NCBI GenBank assembly: GCA_965215605.1
Contig: OZ244070.1
Span: 1,600,001-1,664,000, forward strand
Direction: 5' to 3'
Source of the DNA: an uncultured Candidatus Binatia bacterium
GTDB lineage: Bacteria; Desulfobacterota; Binatia; UBA9968; JAJDTQ01
DNA: 64,000 nt
Under the pieces are notes generated by a model. That model saw only the letters and a program-made list of their open reading frames with translations, was not told the origin of the DNA and did no database searches. This document shows positions 30,425-43,494 of the stretch, in pieces. The first letter of the stretch is position 1. Each line of letters starts with the position of its first letter. The position numbers and the translations under genes are program-made.

Positions 30425-31231
30425 TTACGGGTCGTCCCCGGCATGTTCCCCGGGGTCCTTCCGGTCCCCTTCCGGGATGATCAGGAGGCGGCGGTAGGCG
30501 CCCTGCCCGAGGCTCTTGGTGGTAAGCCAAGGGTCGTCCTTGAGGGCCAGATGCACGACGCGCCGGTCCCGGGCGCTAAGGTCGTCGATCCCCTCGGACT
30601 TGCGATTGCGCTTGGCTTTCTCGCCCAGCCGCAGCGCCATGTCCTCCAGGGTTTTCACACGCCGTCCGTGGTAGTCTTCCACATCGACGATGGGCTGGGG
30701 AGCGTCCGGCTCGACCTTCTCGGCCACGATCCGGGCGACGATATGCTGTAGCGCCTCCAAGGTCTGACCCCTCCGGCCGATGAGCAGGGCGCTGCTGTCT
30801 CCCTCGATGTCGAGGACGAACTCCGAAGAGCTCGCGCCCGGCTTGACCGCCACCTTCGCGGTGACGCCCATGAGCCTGAGTATCTGTTCGAGAACCTCGA
30901 CGCTGACCTTCCGGACCTCCGCGGAACGCGCTTCCGTGTGCGCCGGTTCCCCGGCAGCCTCACCGTCGCCGGGCTCTGCTTCCGCCGGAACCGCTTCCGC
31001 GGGCTCGTCCGGCGGCGGCGCCGCGTCCCCGGCATCTTCCTCATCCGGCGACGCCGCGGCTTCGCGCAGGGTGGCCCGCACGCGCGCGTTCTGGCGACCG
31101 GAGCCCGGCACGCCGGCCTTATCCTCCGCGAGGATGTCCAGAGATACCTTGTCCCGGTCGACGCCCAGCAGGCTCAGCGCCTTGGCGATGGCGTCGTCAA
31201 GAGTTTCTCCTTCCGTTTCGACTTGCTTCAT
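30425..31231 (-). CDS. jag: Jag/EloR (KhpB) RNA-binding protein
   Basis: Jag_N domain, KH motif LIGRRGQTLEALQ, R3H motif RDRRVVH; follows yidC. Confidence 0.9.
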   Translation of the reverse strand: MKQVETEGETLDDAIAKALSLLGVDRDKVSLDILAEDKAGVPGSGRQNARVRATLREAAASPDEEDAGDAAPPPDEPAEAVPAEAEPGDGEAAGEPAHTEARSAEVRKVSVEVLEQILRLMGVTAKVAVKPGASSSEFVLDIEGDSSALLIGRRGQTLEALQHIVARIVAEKVEPDAPQPIVDVEDYHGRRVKTLEDMALRLGEKAKRNRKSEGIDDLSARDRRVVHLALKDDPWLTTKSLGQGAYRRLLIIPEGDRKDPGEHAGDDP

Positions 31232-31277
31232 CACACGCCTCTCCTCCACCGGTCGCGACATGCCCCGGCGCGGGCCG

Positions 31278-32912
31278 TCAACGCTCTTTCCGGTTGATCA
31301 TGTATTGCTGGACGATGCTCAGGATGTTGTTCACGAACCAGTAGATCGTGAGTCCTGACGGGAAGCTTACGAATATCACGGTGAATACCAGCGGCATGAG
31401 CATCATCATGCGCCGCTGGTTGGGGTCGCCGATGGCGGGAGACATCCATTGCTGAATGAACATGCTGGCGCCCATGAGCAGCACCAGCACGGGAATGCCC
31501 ACGTCAAAGCCGAATGCCGAGAACGGGAGCGATTCCCAGTCCGGACGGGACAGATCCTTGATCCACAGAAAACTCGCGTGGCGCAGCTCGATGGGCGTCA
31601 GCAATGCGTTGTAAAAGCCGATGAAGAAGGGGAACTGAAGGAGCATCGGCAGGCAACCTCCAAGCGGGTTCGCCTTGTTCCGCTTGTAGAGGTCCATCAT
31701 CTCCTTGTTGAGCCGGGTCTTGTCGTCTCCGAACTTTTCCTTGAGACGCTGCATCTGCGGCTGGAGCTTTTGCATCCGTTTCATGGAGACGAAGCTCTTT
31801 TGCGTCAGCGGCCACAGCAGCAGCTTGATGATGAGCGTGAGCAGGATGATGTCCAGACCGTAGTTGCCGGTGTAGGTCTGGAAAAAATGCAACGCGTGCA
31901 GCATCGGCACCGAGATGAAGCCGAAGTAGCCGAAGTCGATGGACTGCTCGAGACCGCGGTCGAAGGACCTCAGCAGGTTCAACACCTTGGGCCCCATGAA
32001 GAGCTGGTAGCGGGCGGTGCGCTCTCCACTCGACAGCACCCGGCCGCGGGTTTCCAGGACGAATCCTGGATCCCGGCTGGCGCTCGGCGTCACGGCCGCG
32101 TCCGCCTCGATCCCTTCCACGGGGATGAGCGCGGAAAAGAAATAGGTGTAGCCGAAGCCGACCCATGAAAGCGGGCCGTTGAGGTTGACCCGGCCTTCGA
32201 TGTCGCCCGGCCATTCGCGCGTCACGTCACCCTCGCGCAGCGCGATCACCCCCTCGAAAATGCCATCGCCCTTGACGCCCTTGTTCTCGCCGCTGGTAGT
32301 GAAGAGCAGCGTTGCGCCCTGCGGCGACCCGGCGATCGATACGCCCGCGTCCACCATGTAGCTGGAGCCGCTGAAGGCGAATCGCTTGACCACGCGACGG
32401 CCCGACGGCGTCGAACCGACGAAGGCGAGGCTGCCGTTCCTGCCCTCATCGAGGGTCAGGTCCGTGCCCTGAACTTCGTAGACGATTCCCTGGTCGGTGC
32501 CGGCGGGCGTGTCATCGAGGCGGAGCCCGAGAGGATATTCCAGCCCCGGTCGGTGGGAGACCATATCGATCAACGGGCTGTCCGCCGCCACTCCGGCGCG
32601 GTACCGCTTCAGCAGAAAGCTCTTGAGCCGGGCTCCCTGGTTGGTGAACCGCGCGATGTAGTCGGGCGTCTCTACCGTCACTTCCCGGACCGGGACCGCC
32701 CGGACGCTTCCGGCAACCTCGGCGGCGGGTGCGGCGGAGGGCGCCGGAGCCTGTACCGGGGCCGGAGCGGCACGTTGCGCCGCCGGCGGCAGCGCGGTTT
32801 CCCGCGCAGGCGGCTGGGGCGGCGCCGGCGGATAGAAACGCCGCATGTACTCCTGGTAAAGGATGATGATCAGGATCGAGACGACGACCGCTATGAAGGC
32901 TCGCTTTTCCAT
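31278..32912 (-). CDS. yidC: membrane protein insertase YidC
   Basis: IDFGYF, NPLGGCLPMLLQFP, WIKDLS, PSGLTIYW; ATG at 32912. Confidence 0.95.
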   Translation of the reverse strand: MEKRAFIAVVVSILIIILYQEYMRRFYPPAPPQPPARETALPPAAQRAAPAPVQAPAPSAAPAAEVAGSVRAVPVREVTVETPDYIARFTNQGARLKSFLLKRYRAGVAADSPLIDMVSHRPGLEYPLGLRLDDTPAGTDQGIVYEVQGTDLTLDEGRNGSLAFVGSTPSGRRVVKRFAFSGSSYMVDAGVSIAGSPQGATLLFTTSGENKGVKGDGIFEGVIALREGDVTREWPGDIEGRVNLNGPLSWVGFGYTYFFSALIPVEGIEADAAVTPSASRDPGFVLETRGRVLSSGERTARYQLFMGPKVLNLLRSFDRGLEQSIDFGYFGFISVPMLHALHFFQTYTGNYGLDIILLTLIIKLLLWPLTQKSFVSMKRMQKLQPQMQRLKEKFGDDKTRLNKEMMDLYKRNKANPLGGCLPMLLQFPFFIGFYNALLTPIELRHASFLWIKDLSRPDWESLPFSAFGFDVGIPVLVLLMGASMFIQQWMSPAIGDPNQRRMMMLMPLVFTVIFVSFPSGLTIYWFVNNILSIVQQYMINRKER

Positions 32913-32919
32913 GGAACTT

Positions 32920-33141
32920 TCACGGAACCGGGTCAAATCCCCCGGCGTGGAGCGGATGACAGCGCAGAATCCTCAGGACACCGAGGCCAAGCCCCTTGAC
33001 GACGCCGTGACGGTCCACCGCCTGTAGCGCGTAGGCGGAGCAGGTCGGAAAGAACCGGCAGGAAGGCGGCAACAGCGGCGAAAGAAATCGCTGGTAGGCC
33101 CGGATGCAGACTCGCACGGCGGTGCGGGGAATCGAAGTCAT
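32920..33141 (-). CDS. yidD: membrane protein insertion efficiency factor YidD
   Basis: [24 protein letters not shown]. Confidence 0.93.
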   Translation of the reverse strand: MTSIPRTAVRVCIRAYQRFLSPLLPPSCRFFPTCSAYALQAVDRHGVVKGLGLGVLRILRCHPLHAGGFDPVP

Positions 33142-33145
33142 GAGA

Positions 33146-33514
33146 TCACAGCGGCTGCGAACCCGCCTGGCGCTGGACGCCGACGAGTTTCCGGAGCTCC
33201 GCGGTCATGGCCGGGTAGCTCAACTGTCCCGCTCCTCTGCGGGCAATGATGACCGTATCCTGGCCGGGACGAAAGTGTTCCCGTCCACGACGGAAGAACT
33301 CGCGCAGCCCCCGCTTCACGCGGTTGCGCACCACCGCGTTTCCCACCTTGGAGCTGACCGTGACTCCCAGCCGTTTCCCCGGATGGTCGTTGTCGCTTCG
33401 GATGATGATGAAGTGCGGCGTGTAGAACTTCCTGCCTCTGCGCGACAGCAGCAGGAATTCGGAACGTCTGGTCAGGCGGGCTTCCTTTGGGAAACTCTCG
33501 CGGACACCGGACAA
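33146..33514 (-). CDS. rnpA: ribonuclease P protein component
   Basis: RNR motif [21 protein letters not shown]. Confidence 0.93.
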   Translation of the reverse strand: MSGVRESFPKEARLTRRSEFLLLSRRGRKFYTPHFIIIRSDNDHPGKRLGVTVSSKVGNAVVRNRVKRGLREFFRRGREHFRPGQDTVIIARRGAGQLSYPAMTAELRKLVGVQRQAGSQPL

Positions 33515-33523
33515 CGGCTTGTC

Positions 33524-33685
33524 CTAGGAACGAGGACCCTTCGGTGGGATGACGACGGTCAACCGTTTTCTTCCCTTGGCCCTCCGGCGCCTCAGCACAT
33601 TGCGCCCGCCCGGTGTCTCCATTCGTGCAAAAAAGCCGTGGGTTCTTTTGCGCTTCAGATTGCTTGGTTGATAAGTCCGTTTCAT
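33524..33685 (-). CDS. rpmH: 50S ribosomal protein L34
   Basis: [22 protein letters not shown]...[10 protein letters not shown]; ATG at 33685. Confidence 0.96.
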   Translation of the reverse strand: MKRTYQPSNLKRKRTHGFFARMETPGGRNVLRRRRAKGRKRLTVVIPPKGPRS

Positions 33686-33807
33686 CGTCGCACCTTCATT
33701 TTCAGTTACATAACTCAAGCATACGGGTGAGCGCTTGTCAATTTGACATAGATCGGCCGGCAACTGCAAAGAAGGGCTTCAGGGTGAGTGCATCAAGGTT
33801 CTTGCGC

Positions 33808-34803
33808 TCAGTCCGCCTCGGCTCGCTGGGTCCTTCTCATGAGGTCGCGGACGGCCTGTATGGGGTCCTTGTCCTCGTAGAGGACACGGTACATCTGATC
33901 CACGATGGGCATCTCGACGCCGTGGCGTTGGGCCAGCAGGTGGACGGTGCGGGTGTTGCGGATGCCCTCGGCCACCATACGGCTTTCCGAGACGATGTCG
34001 GCCAAGCGGCGTCCCCGGCCAAGCTCGACGCCGACCTTGCGGTTGCGGCTCAGGTGGCCGGTACAGGTGAGCGCCAGGTCGCCGAGACCCGGGAGGCCGG
34101 CGAGTGTGACCGGGTCGGCGCCCGTCTTGGCGGCCAGGCGGGTCATTTCGGCCAGGCCTCGGGTGATAAGCGCGGCCCGGGCGTTGTGCCCGAGATCCAG
34201 GCCGTCGCTGACGCCGGCGGCGATGGCGATGACGTTCTTGATGACGCCACCCATCTGGACGCCGACGACATCGGTCGAGGTGTAGACCCGGAATTCGGGG
34301 GAGCCGAGGGTTGATTGTACCGTCCGCGCCACGCCGGGGTTGGAGCCGGCCGCGGTTATGGCAGTCGGCAATCCCTTGGCCACCTCCAACGCGAAAGTGG
34401 GTCCGGAAAGGAACACGTGCCGTTCGGAGTGGCCCAGCACCTCGGCCAACACATCGCCCATGGTCATCAGCGTCGACTCCTCGATTCCCTTGGAGCCGCA
34501 GGCGACGATGGTTTCGGGCGCCACGAACGGCGTCGCCTGGCCCATGACTTCGCGCAGGAAATGGGACGGGGTGACGCAGATGAGCAGGGTCCGGCCGGAT
34601 GCGGCGGATTCCAGCGAACGGGTGGTTCGGAGGCGGTCAGGCAGCCTCACGCCGGGCAGATAGGCGGTGTTTTCGCCGGTCTCTTGTATCCGCGCGAAGG
34701 TCTCCTCGGAGTGGCACCACAAGGCGACATCGTCGTGTTTCCTGCACAGCAGCACCGCAAGGGCCGTGCCCCAGCCGCCCGCGCCTATGATGCCGATGGA
34801 CAT
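33808..34803 (-). CDS. gpsA: NAD(P)H-dependent glycerol-3-phosphate dehydrogenase
   Basis: GAGGWGTA, SKGIE, SGPTFA, KNVIAIAAG, GLGDL..TC, SRN. Confidence 0.95.
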   Translation of the reverse strand: MSIGIIGAGGWGTALAVLLCRKHDDVALWCHSEETFARIQETGENTAYLPGVRLPDRLRTTRSLESAASGRTLLICVTPSHFLREVMGQATPFVAPETIVACGSKGIEESTLMTMGDVLAEVLGHSERHVFLSGPTFALEVAKGLPTAITAAGSNPGVARTVQSTLGSPEFRVYTSTDVVGVQMGGVIKNVIAIAAGVSDGLDLGHNARAALITRGLAEMTRLAAKTGADPVTLAGLPGLGDLALTCTGHLSRNRKVGVELGRGRRLADIVSESRMVAEGIRNTRTVHLLAQRHGVEMPIVDQMYRVLYEDKDPIQAVRDLMRRTQRAEAD

Positions 34804-34843
34804 TCAGGAGCACCCGAAAGGATAGGAACTGACACCACACAAA

Positions 34844-34871
34844 CGTCATCCCCGCGAAAGCGGGAATGACG
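34844..34871. repeat. REP-like palindrome, family A, copy 1
   Basis: CGTCATCCCCGC-GAAA-GCGGGAATGACG hairpin between gyrA and gpsA. Confidence 0.7.
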
Positions 34872-34926
34872 GATTCGGGGCTTTGCTACCATTTCGCACC
34901 GTGACGCGGGAATCGGAGGCGATGGT

Positions 34927-37362
34927 TTAGCTGTCGTCTTCCACCACCCGGGTGAGGGACACCACGCGTTCGCCGTTGTCGAGATCGATGAGATGCACGC
35001 CCTGGGTGTTTCGGCCTATAATGCGCAGGTCGCCGATGCGGAGCCGGATGATCTTGCCGCCGTCGGTGATGAGCATCAACTGGTCCTCGTCCACCACCTG
35101 CTGGACGCCCACCACGCGTCCGGTCCGCTCGGTGGTCTTCATGGTGATGAGACCCCGGCCTCCACGGCCTTGGGACCGGTACTCGCCGGTGCCGGTGCGC
35201 TTGCCCATGCCCTTGTCGGAGACCGTGAGGATGGACGCGCCGGGGTGCAGCACCTCCATGCTCACCACCTGGTCCTTCTCCTCGAGCCGGATGCCGATGA
35301 CCCCCATGGTATCGCGCCCGGTGGGGCGGACCTGCTCCTCCTTGAAGCGGATGGACTGCCCATCCATGGTGGACAGCAGGATGTCCTGGTCGCCGTCGGT
35401 GAGCCGGACCTCGATCAACGAGTCGTTCTCGTCCAGCGCGATGGCGCGGATGCCGGTGGCCCGGGGACTCGAATAGGCCATCAGGTCGGTCTTTTTGACC
35501 AGCCCGTTCTGGGTCGCGAAAATGATGTAGCGGCCCTCCTGAAATTCCCGCACCGGCAGAAACGCCGACACCTTCTCGCCTTCCTGAAGCTGCAGCAGGT
35601 TCACCACCGGCCGGCCCTTGGCGGAGCGGCCACCCTGGGGCAACTCATGCACCTTGATGCGGTAGACCTTGCCGATGGTGGTGAAGAACAGGATGTGGGA
35701 GTGGGTGGATGCCACGAACAGGGTCTCGACGAAGTCCTCGTCCCGGGTCGTGGTGCCCACCTTGCCTTTGCCGCCTCGGCGTTGCGCGCGGTACAGCGTG
35801 ATAGGGTTGCGCTTGATGTACCCCTCGTGGGACACGGTCACCACCATGTCCTCCTCCACGATGAGGTCCTCGATGGATATCTCCTCGGCCTTGTCGACGA
35901 TGGCAGTGCGGCGGCCGTCGCCGTAGACTTCCTTGATCTCCCGGAGCTCCGCGACGATGATCGCGTAAATCTTCTTCTCGTCCGCCAGAATCGCCCGAAG
36001 CTCCGCGATGTTGGCAGCCACCGCCCGGTGCTCCTCGACGATCTTGTCGCGCTCGAGCCCGGTGAGCCGCTGCAAGCGCATGTCCAGGATGGCCTGGGCC
36101 TGCGCCTCGGACAGGCCGAAGCTGGTCATGAGGCCTTCCCGCGCGGAGCGGGGGTCCCGCGACTCCCGGATCAGGGTGATGACGGCGTCGAGATTGTCCA
36201 GGGCGATCTTGAGCCCTTCGAGGATATGCAGCCGTTCCTCGGCCTTCCTCAGGTCGTAGGCGGTGCGCCGGGTGACGGTTTCCCGGCGGTGCTCGAGGAA
36301 CGCCTCCAGGATCTCCTTCAGGTTCAGCAGCTTCGGGCGGCCGTCGATGATGGCGAGCATGTTGACGCCGAAGGATTCCTGAAGGCTCGTGTGCTTGTAC
36401 AGGGCGTTGATGATGATCTGCGGCATCGCGTCGCGCTTGGGCTCGATGACGATGCGCATGCCGTCGCGGTCGGATTCGTCCCGCAGGTCGGAGATGCCCT
36501 CGATCTTCTTCTCGTTGACCAGGTTGGCGATCTGTTCCAGGAGCCGGGTCTTGTTCACCATGTACGGGATTTCGGAGACGATGATCTGCTCCTTGCCCGT
36601 ACGCTTGACGGTCTCGGTGGACACCCGCGCGCGCATCTGCACGCTGCCGCGTCCGGTCTTGTACCCCTGCTTGATGCCTTCGCGCCCGTGAATGAACCCC
36701 CCGGTGGGGAAGTCGGGGCCGGGGATGTACTCGATCAGCTCGTCGATGGTCAGCTCGGGCCGCTCCACCAGCGCGATGAGGCCGTCGATCACCTCGCTCA
36801 GGTTGTGCGGCGGAATGTTGGTGGCCATGCCCACGGCGATACCCGAGGCGCCGTTGATGAGCAGGTTGGGCAGCCGCGACGGCAGCACCGACGGCTCCTC
36901 CATGGAGTCGTCGTAGTTGGGCAGGAAGTCGACGGTCTCCTTGTCGATGTCGGCGAGCAACTCCTGGGTGATGCGCGCCATGCGGATTTCCGTGTAGCGC
37001 ATGGCGGCCGGCGGATCGCCGTCGATGGAGCCGAAGTTTCCCTGCCCGTCCACCAGGCAGTAGCGCATGGAAAAGTCCTGCGCGAGGCGGACGATGGCGT
37101 CGTAGGCCGCGGCGTCGCCGTGGGGGTGGTATTTGCCGATGACGTCACCCACGACCCGGGCGGACTTACGGTAGGCGTTGTTCCAGTGGTTGCCCATGTC
37201 GTGCATGGCGAACAGCACGCGCCGATGCACCGGCTTCAAACCATCCCGCACGTCCGGCAGCGCCCGCCCCACGATGACGCTCATGGCGTAGTCCACGTAG
37301 GACTGACGCATCTCGTCCTCGATGTAGACGGGGACCTTTTGTTGTCTCATTCCGGCTTCCAT
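34927..37362 (-). CDS. gyrA: DNA gyrase subunit A
   Basis: [23 protein letters not shown] (catalytic Tyr), GyrA box QRRGGKG. Confidence 0.97.
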   Translation of the reverse strand: MEAGMRQQKVPVYIEDEMRQSYVDYAMSVIVGRALPDVRDGLKPVHRRVLFAMHDMGNHWNNAYRKSARVVGDVIGKYHPHGDAAAYDAIVRLAQDFSMRYCLVDGQGNFGSIDGDPPAAMRYTEIRMARITQELLADIDKETVDFLPNYDDSMEEPSVLPSRLPNLLINGASGIAVGMATNIPPHNLSEVIDGLIALVERPELTIDELIEYIPGPDFPTGGFIHGREGIKQGYKTGRGSVQMRARVSTETVKRTGKEQIIVSEIPYMVNKTRLLEQIANLVNEKKIEGISDLRDESDRDGMRIVIEPKRDAMPQIIINALYKHTSLQESFGVNMLAIIDGRPKLLNLKEILEAFLEHRRETVTRRTAYDLRKAEERLHILEGLKIALDNLDAVITLIRESRDPRSAREGLMTSFGLSEAQAQAILDMRLQRLTGLERDKIVEEHRAVAANIAELRAILADEKKIYAIIVAELREIKEVYGDGRRTAIVDKAEEISIEDLIVEEDMVVTVSHEGYIKRNPITLYRAQRRGGKGKVGTTTRDEDFVETLFVASTHSHILFFTTIGKVYRIKVHELPQGGRSAKGRPVVNLLQLQEGEKVSAFLPVREFQEGRYIIFATQNGLVKKTDLMAYSSPRATGIRAIALDENDSLIEVRLTDGDQDILLSTMDGQSIRFKEEQVRPTGRDTMGVIGIRLEEKDQVVSMEVLHPGASILTVSDKGMGKRTGTGEYRSQGRGGRGLITMKTTERTGRVVGVQQVVDEDQLMLITDGGKIIRLRIGDLRIIGRNTQGVHLIDLDNGERVVSLTRVVEDDS

Positions 37363-37463
37363 GACACGGGGCTCAACTGGAGAAATGCGTCCGGCGCGCT
37401 GCCGGCGAGGAGGAAGGCGGTCGCGCCGGCGCTTGTCGTTTCATGCTTGACACGGATACGGGT

Positions 37464-39947
<2,484 letters not shown>

Positions 39948-40067
39948 TCAATCTTTGCGGGTTGGTGAAAGCAACAGGAAGAACTTCGGTCAACTATAAC
40001 ATCTGCCGTGGATGAATGCCAGCAGGCCGCCGGATCGCCCAGGTCCATTCAAGGCGCGGTGCTCCGT

Positions 40068-40101
40068 TTCCGTCATCCCCGTGAAAGCGGGAACGACGGA
40101 A
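40068..40101. repeat. REP-like palindrome, family A, copy 2
   Basis: TTCCGTCATCCCCGT-GAAA-GCGGGAACGACGGAA; the core matches 34844-34871 at 26 of 28 positions. Confidence 0.7.
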
Positions 40102-40182
40102 GAGGGAGGGGTGCAGGAATGCCTCAAGACACTCGCCCGGTTCGGCTACCGCATGACCTCACCGGCCGGTCCGTAAGTGCCT

Positions 40183-41379
40183 TCATGGCCGGCCGCTTTG
40201 GCCGGCCTCGGATACGAACACGGCGATGTTCACCGTCCCCAGGGCCAGCACGCATGCCAGCGCCTGCCATGCGATGGCGTAGGAGCCGGTGACGTCGACG
40301 ATGCCGCCGAACGTGGGAGTGCCCACCACGGTGCCCAGCGCATTGATGGTGATCATCAGGCCCAGGGCCATGCCGGCCCGGGACTGTCCCGCGATCTCGC
40401 TGATCAGCGAATAGGACACACCCTGATAACCGATCATGGTGAACCCGGCGAGGAATGTCAGCGGCACCAGGATGACCGGCGAGACGCCCTTGTCGAGAAC
40501 GCTCAACGCGACCGCCAGGAACACCGAGATGACGCCGATGACCACCAGCACGATCTTGCGTCTGCCGCCGAAGAGGCGGTCGCTGACCGTGCCCCAGCCG
40601 ACACGGCCCACCACCGCCCCGCCTTGGGTGATAGACAGCCACTGGCTGGCGTGTACCGTGGAGAACGCCAGCTTCTCCTTGAGGAACAACGGCAAATAGG
40701 TCAGCAGCGACATCTGCCCGATCAGCAAAAGGGCAGTGCCGCAACTCAGGGCCAGCAGGCTCCTGACCCGCAATCTCCCGCTGCCGGCGGCTCCGGAACG
40801 TTCCCGGCCGTTCCCTTCGGCTTCGGGGGGCTCGCGCCAGAGGAACCAGAAGGCCACGCCGAACAGCACGTTGACCACTCCCAGGCCCGCCAGCGTCGCG
40901 CGCCAGCCGAAGACCGCCGCCACGGGAGCGCCCACCAGCGCGGTCACCACGCCGCCGGCCGGCACCCCGGTCTGCTTGATTCCCATGGCGGTGGCGCGAT
41001 GGCGCCGGAACCACATCAGCACCCCTTTGGTGGAGGCGGGGTTGAGGAAGGCGTAGCCCAGGCCGGTGAGAAGAAAGCAGATGAAGGCCCGGACGAAGGA
41101 GCCCGCGGAAGAAGCGAGAATGACCGCGGCTCCGGCGAACACGTGGCCGATGCATGATGCCCTTCGCACGCCCAACCGGTCGCTCAACCATCCCGCGACG
41201 AACGAGAAACTCGCCATGCCGATGTAGAAGGCCGTGAAGAACAGCCCTACCTGGGCGCGGGTAAGACCCAACTCCTCCTGGTAGAACGGCGCGAAGGTAT
41301 TGATGCCGTACTGCGCCGACGCCCCGATGACGTGGGTGACGGTGACCAGGGCGAGGATGAACAGGGGGAAAGAGGCCAT
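40183..41379 (-). CDS. MFS transporter
   Basis: About 12 TM segments; motif A as GWLSDRLGVR and GTVSDRLFGGRR. Confidence 0.9.
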   Translation of the reverse strand: MASFPLFILALVTVTHVIGASAQYGINTFAPFYQEELGLTRAQVGLFFTAFYIGMASFSFVAGWLSDRLGVRRASCIGHVFAGAAVILASSAGSFVRAFICFLLTGLGYAFLNPASTKGVLMWFRRHRATAMGIKQTGVPAGGVVTALVGAPVAAVFGWRATLAGLGVVNVLFGVAFWFLWREPPEAEGNGRERSGAAGSGRLRVRSLLALSCGTALLLIGQMSLLTYLPLFLKEKLAFSTVHASQWLSITQGGAVVGRVGWGTVSDRLFGGRRKIVLVVIGVISVFLAVALSVLDKGVSPVILVPLTFLAGFTMIGYQGVSYSLISEIAGQSRAGMALGLMITINALGTVVGTPTFGGIVDVTGSYAIAWQALACVLALGTVNIAVFVSEAGQSGRP

Positions 41380-41424
41380 GACGTTCCGGGCCGATGGTCC
41401 ACCGCCTCTCGGCGGGCGGGCCGC

Positions 41425-41877
41425 CTACTTGTCCGCCGCTCCGGTCTCCGCCGCGGCCCGCAGCGCCAGCAGATAGCTCTGGGCGCCGAAGCCCGCTATC
41501 TGCCCCATCGCCACGCCGGAGATCAGGGACGTGTGCCGGAACGTTTCGCGCTTGTAGATGTTGGAGAGGTGGACCTCGATGACCGGAAGCTCGCACGCGG
41601 CCAGGGCATCGCGCAGCGCGATGCTGGTGTGGGTGTACGCGCCCGCGTTGACTATCACGGCGCGGAACCCCTCCGTGCCGGCCTGCTGGACCCAGGTGAC
41701 CAACTCACCCTCGTGATTGGACTGGCGCGCCTCCACCGCGACGCCCAACTCCCCGGCCAGCGCGGCCAGGCGGGCGTCGATGTCCGCCAGGGTGTCGTGG
41801 CCGTAGATCTCGGGCTCCCGGGAGCCGAGCAGGTTCAGGTTGGGTCCGTGGAGGACCAGGATCTTCGTGTCGGGCAT
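41425..41877 (-). CDS. aroQ: type II 3-dehydroquinate dehydratase
   Basis: [32 protein letters not shown]; ATG at 41877. Confidence 0.95.
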   Translation of the reverse strand: MPDTKILVLHGPNLNLLGSREPEIYGHDTLADIDARLAALAGELGVAVEARQSNHEGELVTWVQQAGTEGFRAVIVNAGAYTHTSIALRDALAACELPVIEVHLSNIYKRETFRHTSLISGVAMGQIAGFGAQSYLLALRAAAETGAADK

Positions 41878-41899
41878 GGTGGTGGGCTCCCGTGCGATG

Positions 41900-42982
41900 T
41901 CAGCGGCCGGAAGCCAGCTCCCGGACGATCTCGGCTGCCGAGAACCATTGGAAGCGGGTCCCGCCGATGCCTTCGCACAGCACGAACTTGATCTTGCCGG
42001 CATGCGACTTCTTGTCCAGCGCCATGCCGGCGACAAGGTCCTCCAGGGCGATGTCGTCCGGGATCCGCCACGGCAGGCCGGCCCTGCGCACCAGCGCCTC
42101 GATGCGTCCCAGCTCGGCGGCGCTCAGCAGGCCCCGGCCCGCCGACAGGGCCGACGCCTGGATCATGCCGATGGCCACGGCCTCGCCGTGGAGGAAGCGC
42201 TCGTAGCCGGTGAACGCCTCCAGCGCGTGGCCGATGGTGTGACCGAAGTTGAGGATGGCGCGGCGGTCGTCCTCCCGCTCATCCTCCTCCACCACCGCCG
42301 CCTTGATCCGGCAGGAGCCGGCCACGGCGGTCTCGACGGCCGCCGGATCCAGGCGCATCAGCGCATCCATCTCATCTTCCAGGAACCCGAAGTAGCCGGC
42401 GTCCTGGATGACGCCGTGCTTGATCACCTCCGCCATTCCCGCCGCGAACTCTCGCGGCGGCAGGGTCCGCAACGTCTTCATGTCGATGACCACCAGCCGC
42501 GGCTGGTGGAAGGCGCCGATGAGGTTCTTGCCCTGCTCGTGGTTGACCGCGGTCTTCCCGCCCACGCTGGCGTCCACCTGCGCCAGCAGGGTCGTGGGGA
42601 TCTGGACGTAGCCGATGCCGCGCAGGAACGTGGCCGCGGCGAAGCCGGTGATGTCTCCGATGACCCCTCCGCCCAAGGCGATCAGCGTGGCGCTCCGGTC
42701 GAAGCGGTGTTCCACCAGCGCGTCGTAGATCAACCCCAGGGACGCCGTATCCTTGTGCCCCTCGCCCTCCGGAATCAGCACCAGCGCGGTCTCGTAGCCC
42801 GCGCCCTGGAGGGACTCCCGGACCTCCTGCGCGTAAAGGCCGGCCACCGGCGGATTCGACACGATGCCGACGCGGCCGGCGATTCCCTGGGCCTTCATGA
42901 GCTCGCCGACGCGGGGAAGGAGCCCCTCGCCCAACTCGATGGGATAGGAGCGCTGTCCCAGATTGACGGTTACGGTCTGCAT
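41900..42982 (-). CDS. aroB: 3-dehydroquinate synthase
   Basis: [38 protein letters not shown]. Confidence 0.96.
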   Translation of the reverse strand: MQTVTVNLGQRSYPIELGEGLLPRVGELMKAQGIAGRVGIVSNPPVAGLYAQEVRESLQGAGYETALVLIPEGEGHKDTASLGLIYDALVEHRFDRSATLIALGGGVIGDITGFAAATFLRGIGYVQIPTTLLAQVDASVGGKTAVNHEQGKNLIGAFHQPRLVVIDMKTLRTLPPREFAAGMAEVIKHGVIQDAGYFGFLEDEMDALMRLDPAAVETAVAGSCRIKAAVVEEDEREDDRRAILNFGHTIGHALEAFTGYERFLHGEAVAIGMIQASALSAGRGLLSAAELGRIEALVRRAGLPWRIPDDIALEDLVAGMALDKKSHAGKIKFVLCEGIGGTRFQWFSAAEIVRELASGR

Positions 42983-43485
42983 AGCTGCTGCTGGATTTGC
43001 TGCACCACCCTGTCCACGGTGAGGTCGTCGGCATCCACGGTGACGTGGGCCTCGGAATAGATGCCTTCCCGCTGCGCCGAAAGCTCCTCGATGCGTTTGA
43101 GCCTGTCGGAGCCCTGCAGCAGCGGGCGGTCGTCGGTCTGTCCCACCCGGCGCAGAACGGTCTCGGGCGACACCCTGAGCCAGATCAGCAGGCTGCGCTC
43201 CTTGAGCAGCCGCAGGTTGTCCCGGTCCACTGCCGCGCCGCCTCCCAGCGCGATGACCTGATCGGACCCTTCCAGCACCTGTCGCAGCGCCGCCTTCTCG
43301 CGCTCCCGGAAATAACCCTCTCCGCGGCCGGCGAAAATCTCACGAATGCGGATGCCTTCTCCGGCCTCGATGACGGCGTCCAGATCCACGAACGACCAGC
43401 CCAGCGCCCGCGCCAGCCCGCGGCCCACCACGGTCTTGCCGGCGGCCATGAAACCGGTCAGAGCGATGTTCGCGTAATCGGTAAT
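42970..43485 (-). CDS. aroK: shikimate kinase (start uncertain; probable ATT at 43485)
   Basis: NIALTGFMAAGKT P-loop, GEGYFRE.E, GGG, RPLL. The first beta-strand lies upstream of the only ATG (43449). Confidence 0.9.
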   Translation of the reverse strand: MTDYANIALTGFMAAGKTVVGRGLARALGWSFVDLDAVIEAGEGIRIREIFAGRGEGYFREREKAALRQVLEGSDQVIALGGGAAVDRDNLRLLKERSLLIWLRVSPETVLRRVGQTDDRPLLQGSDRLKRIEELSAQREGIYSEAHVTVDADDLTVDRVVQQIQQQLCRP

Positions 43486-43494
43486 GACCCGGCC

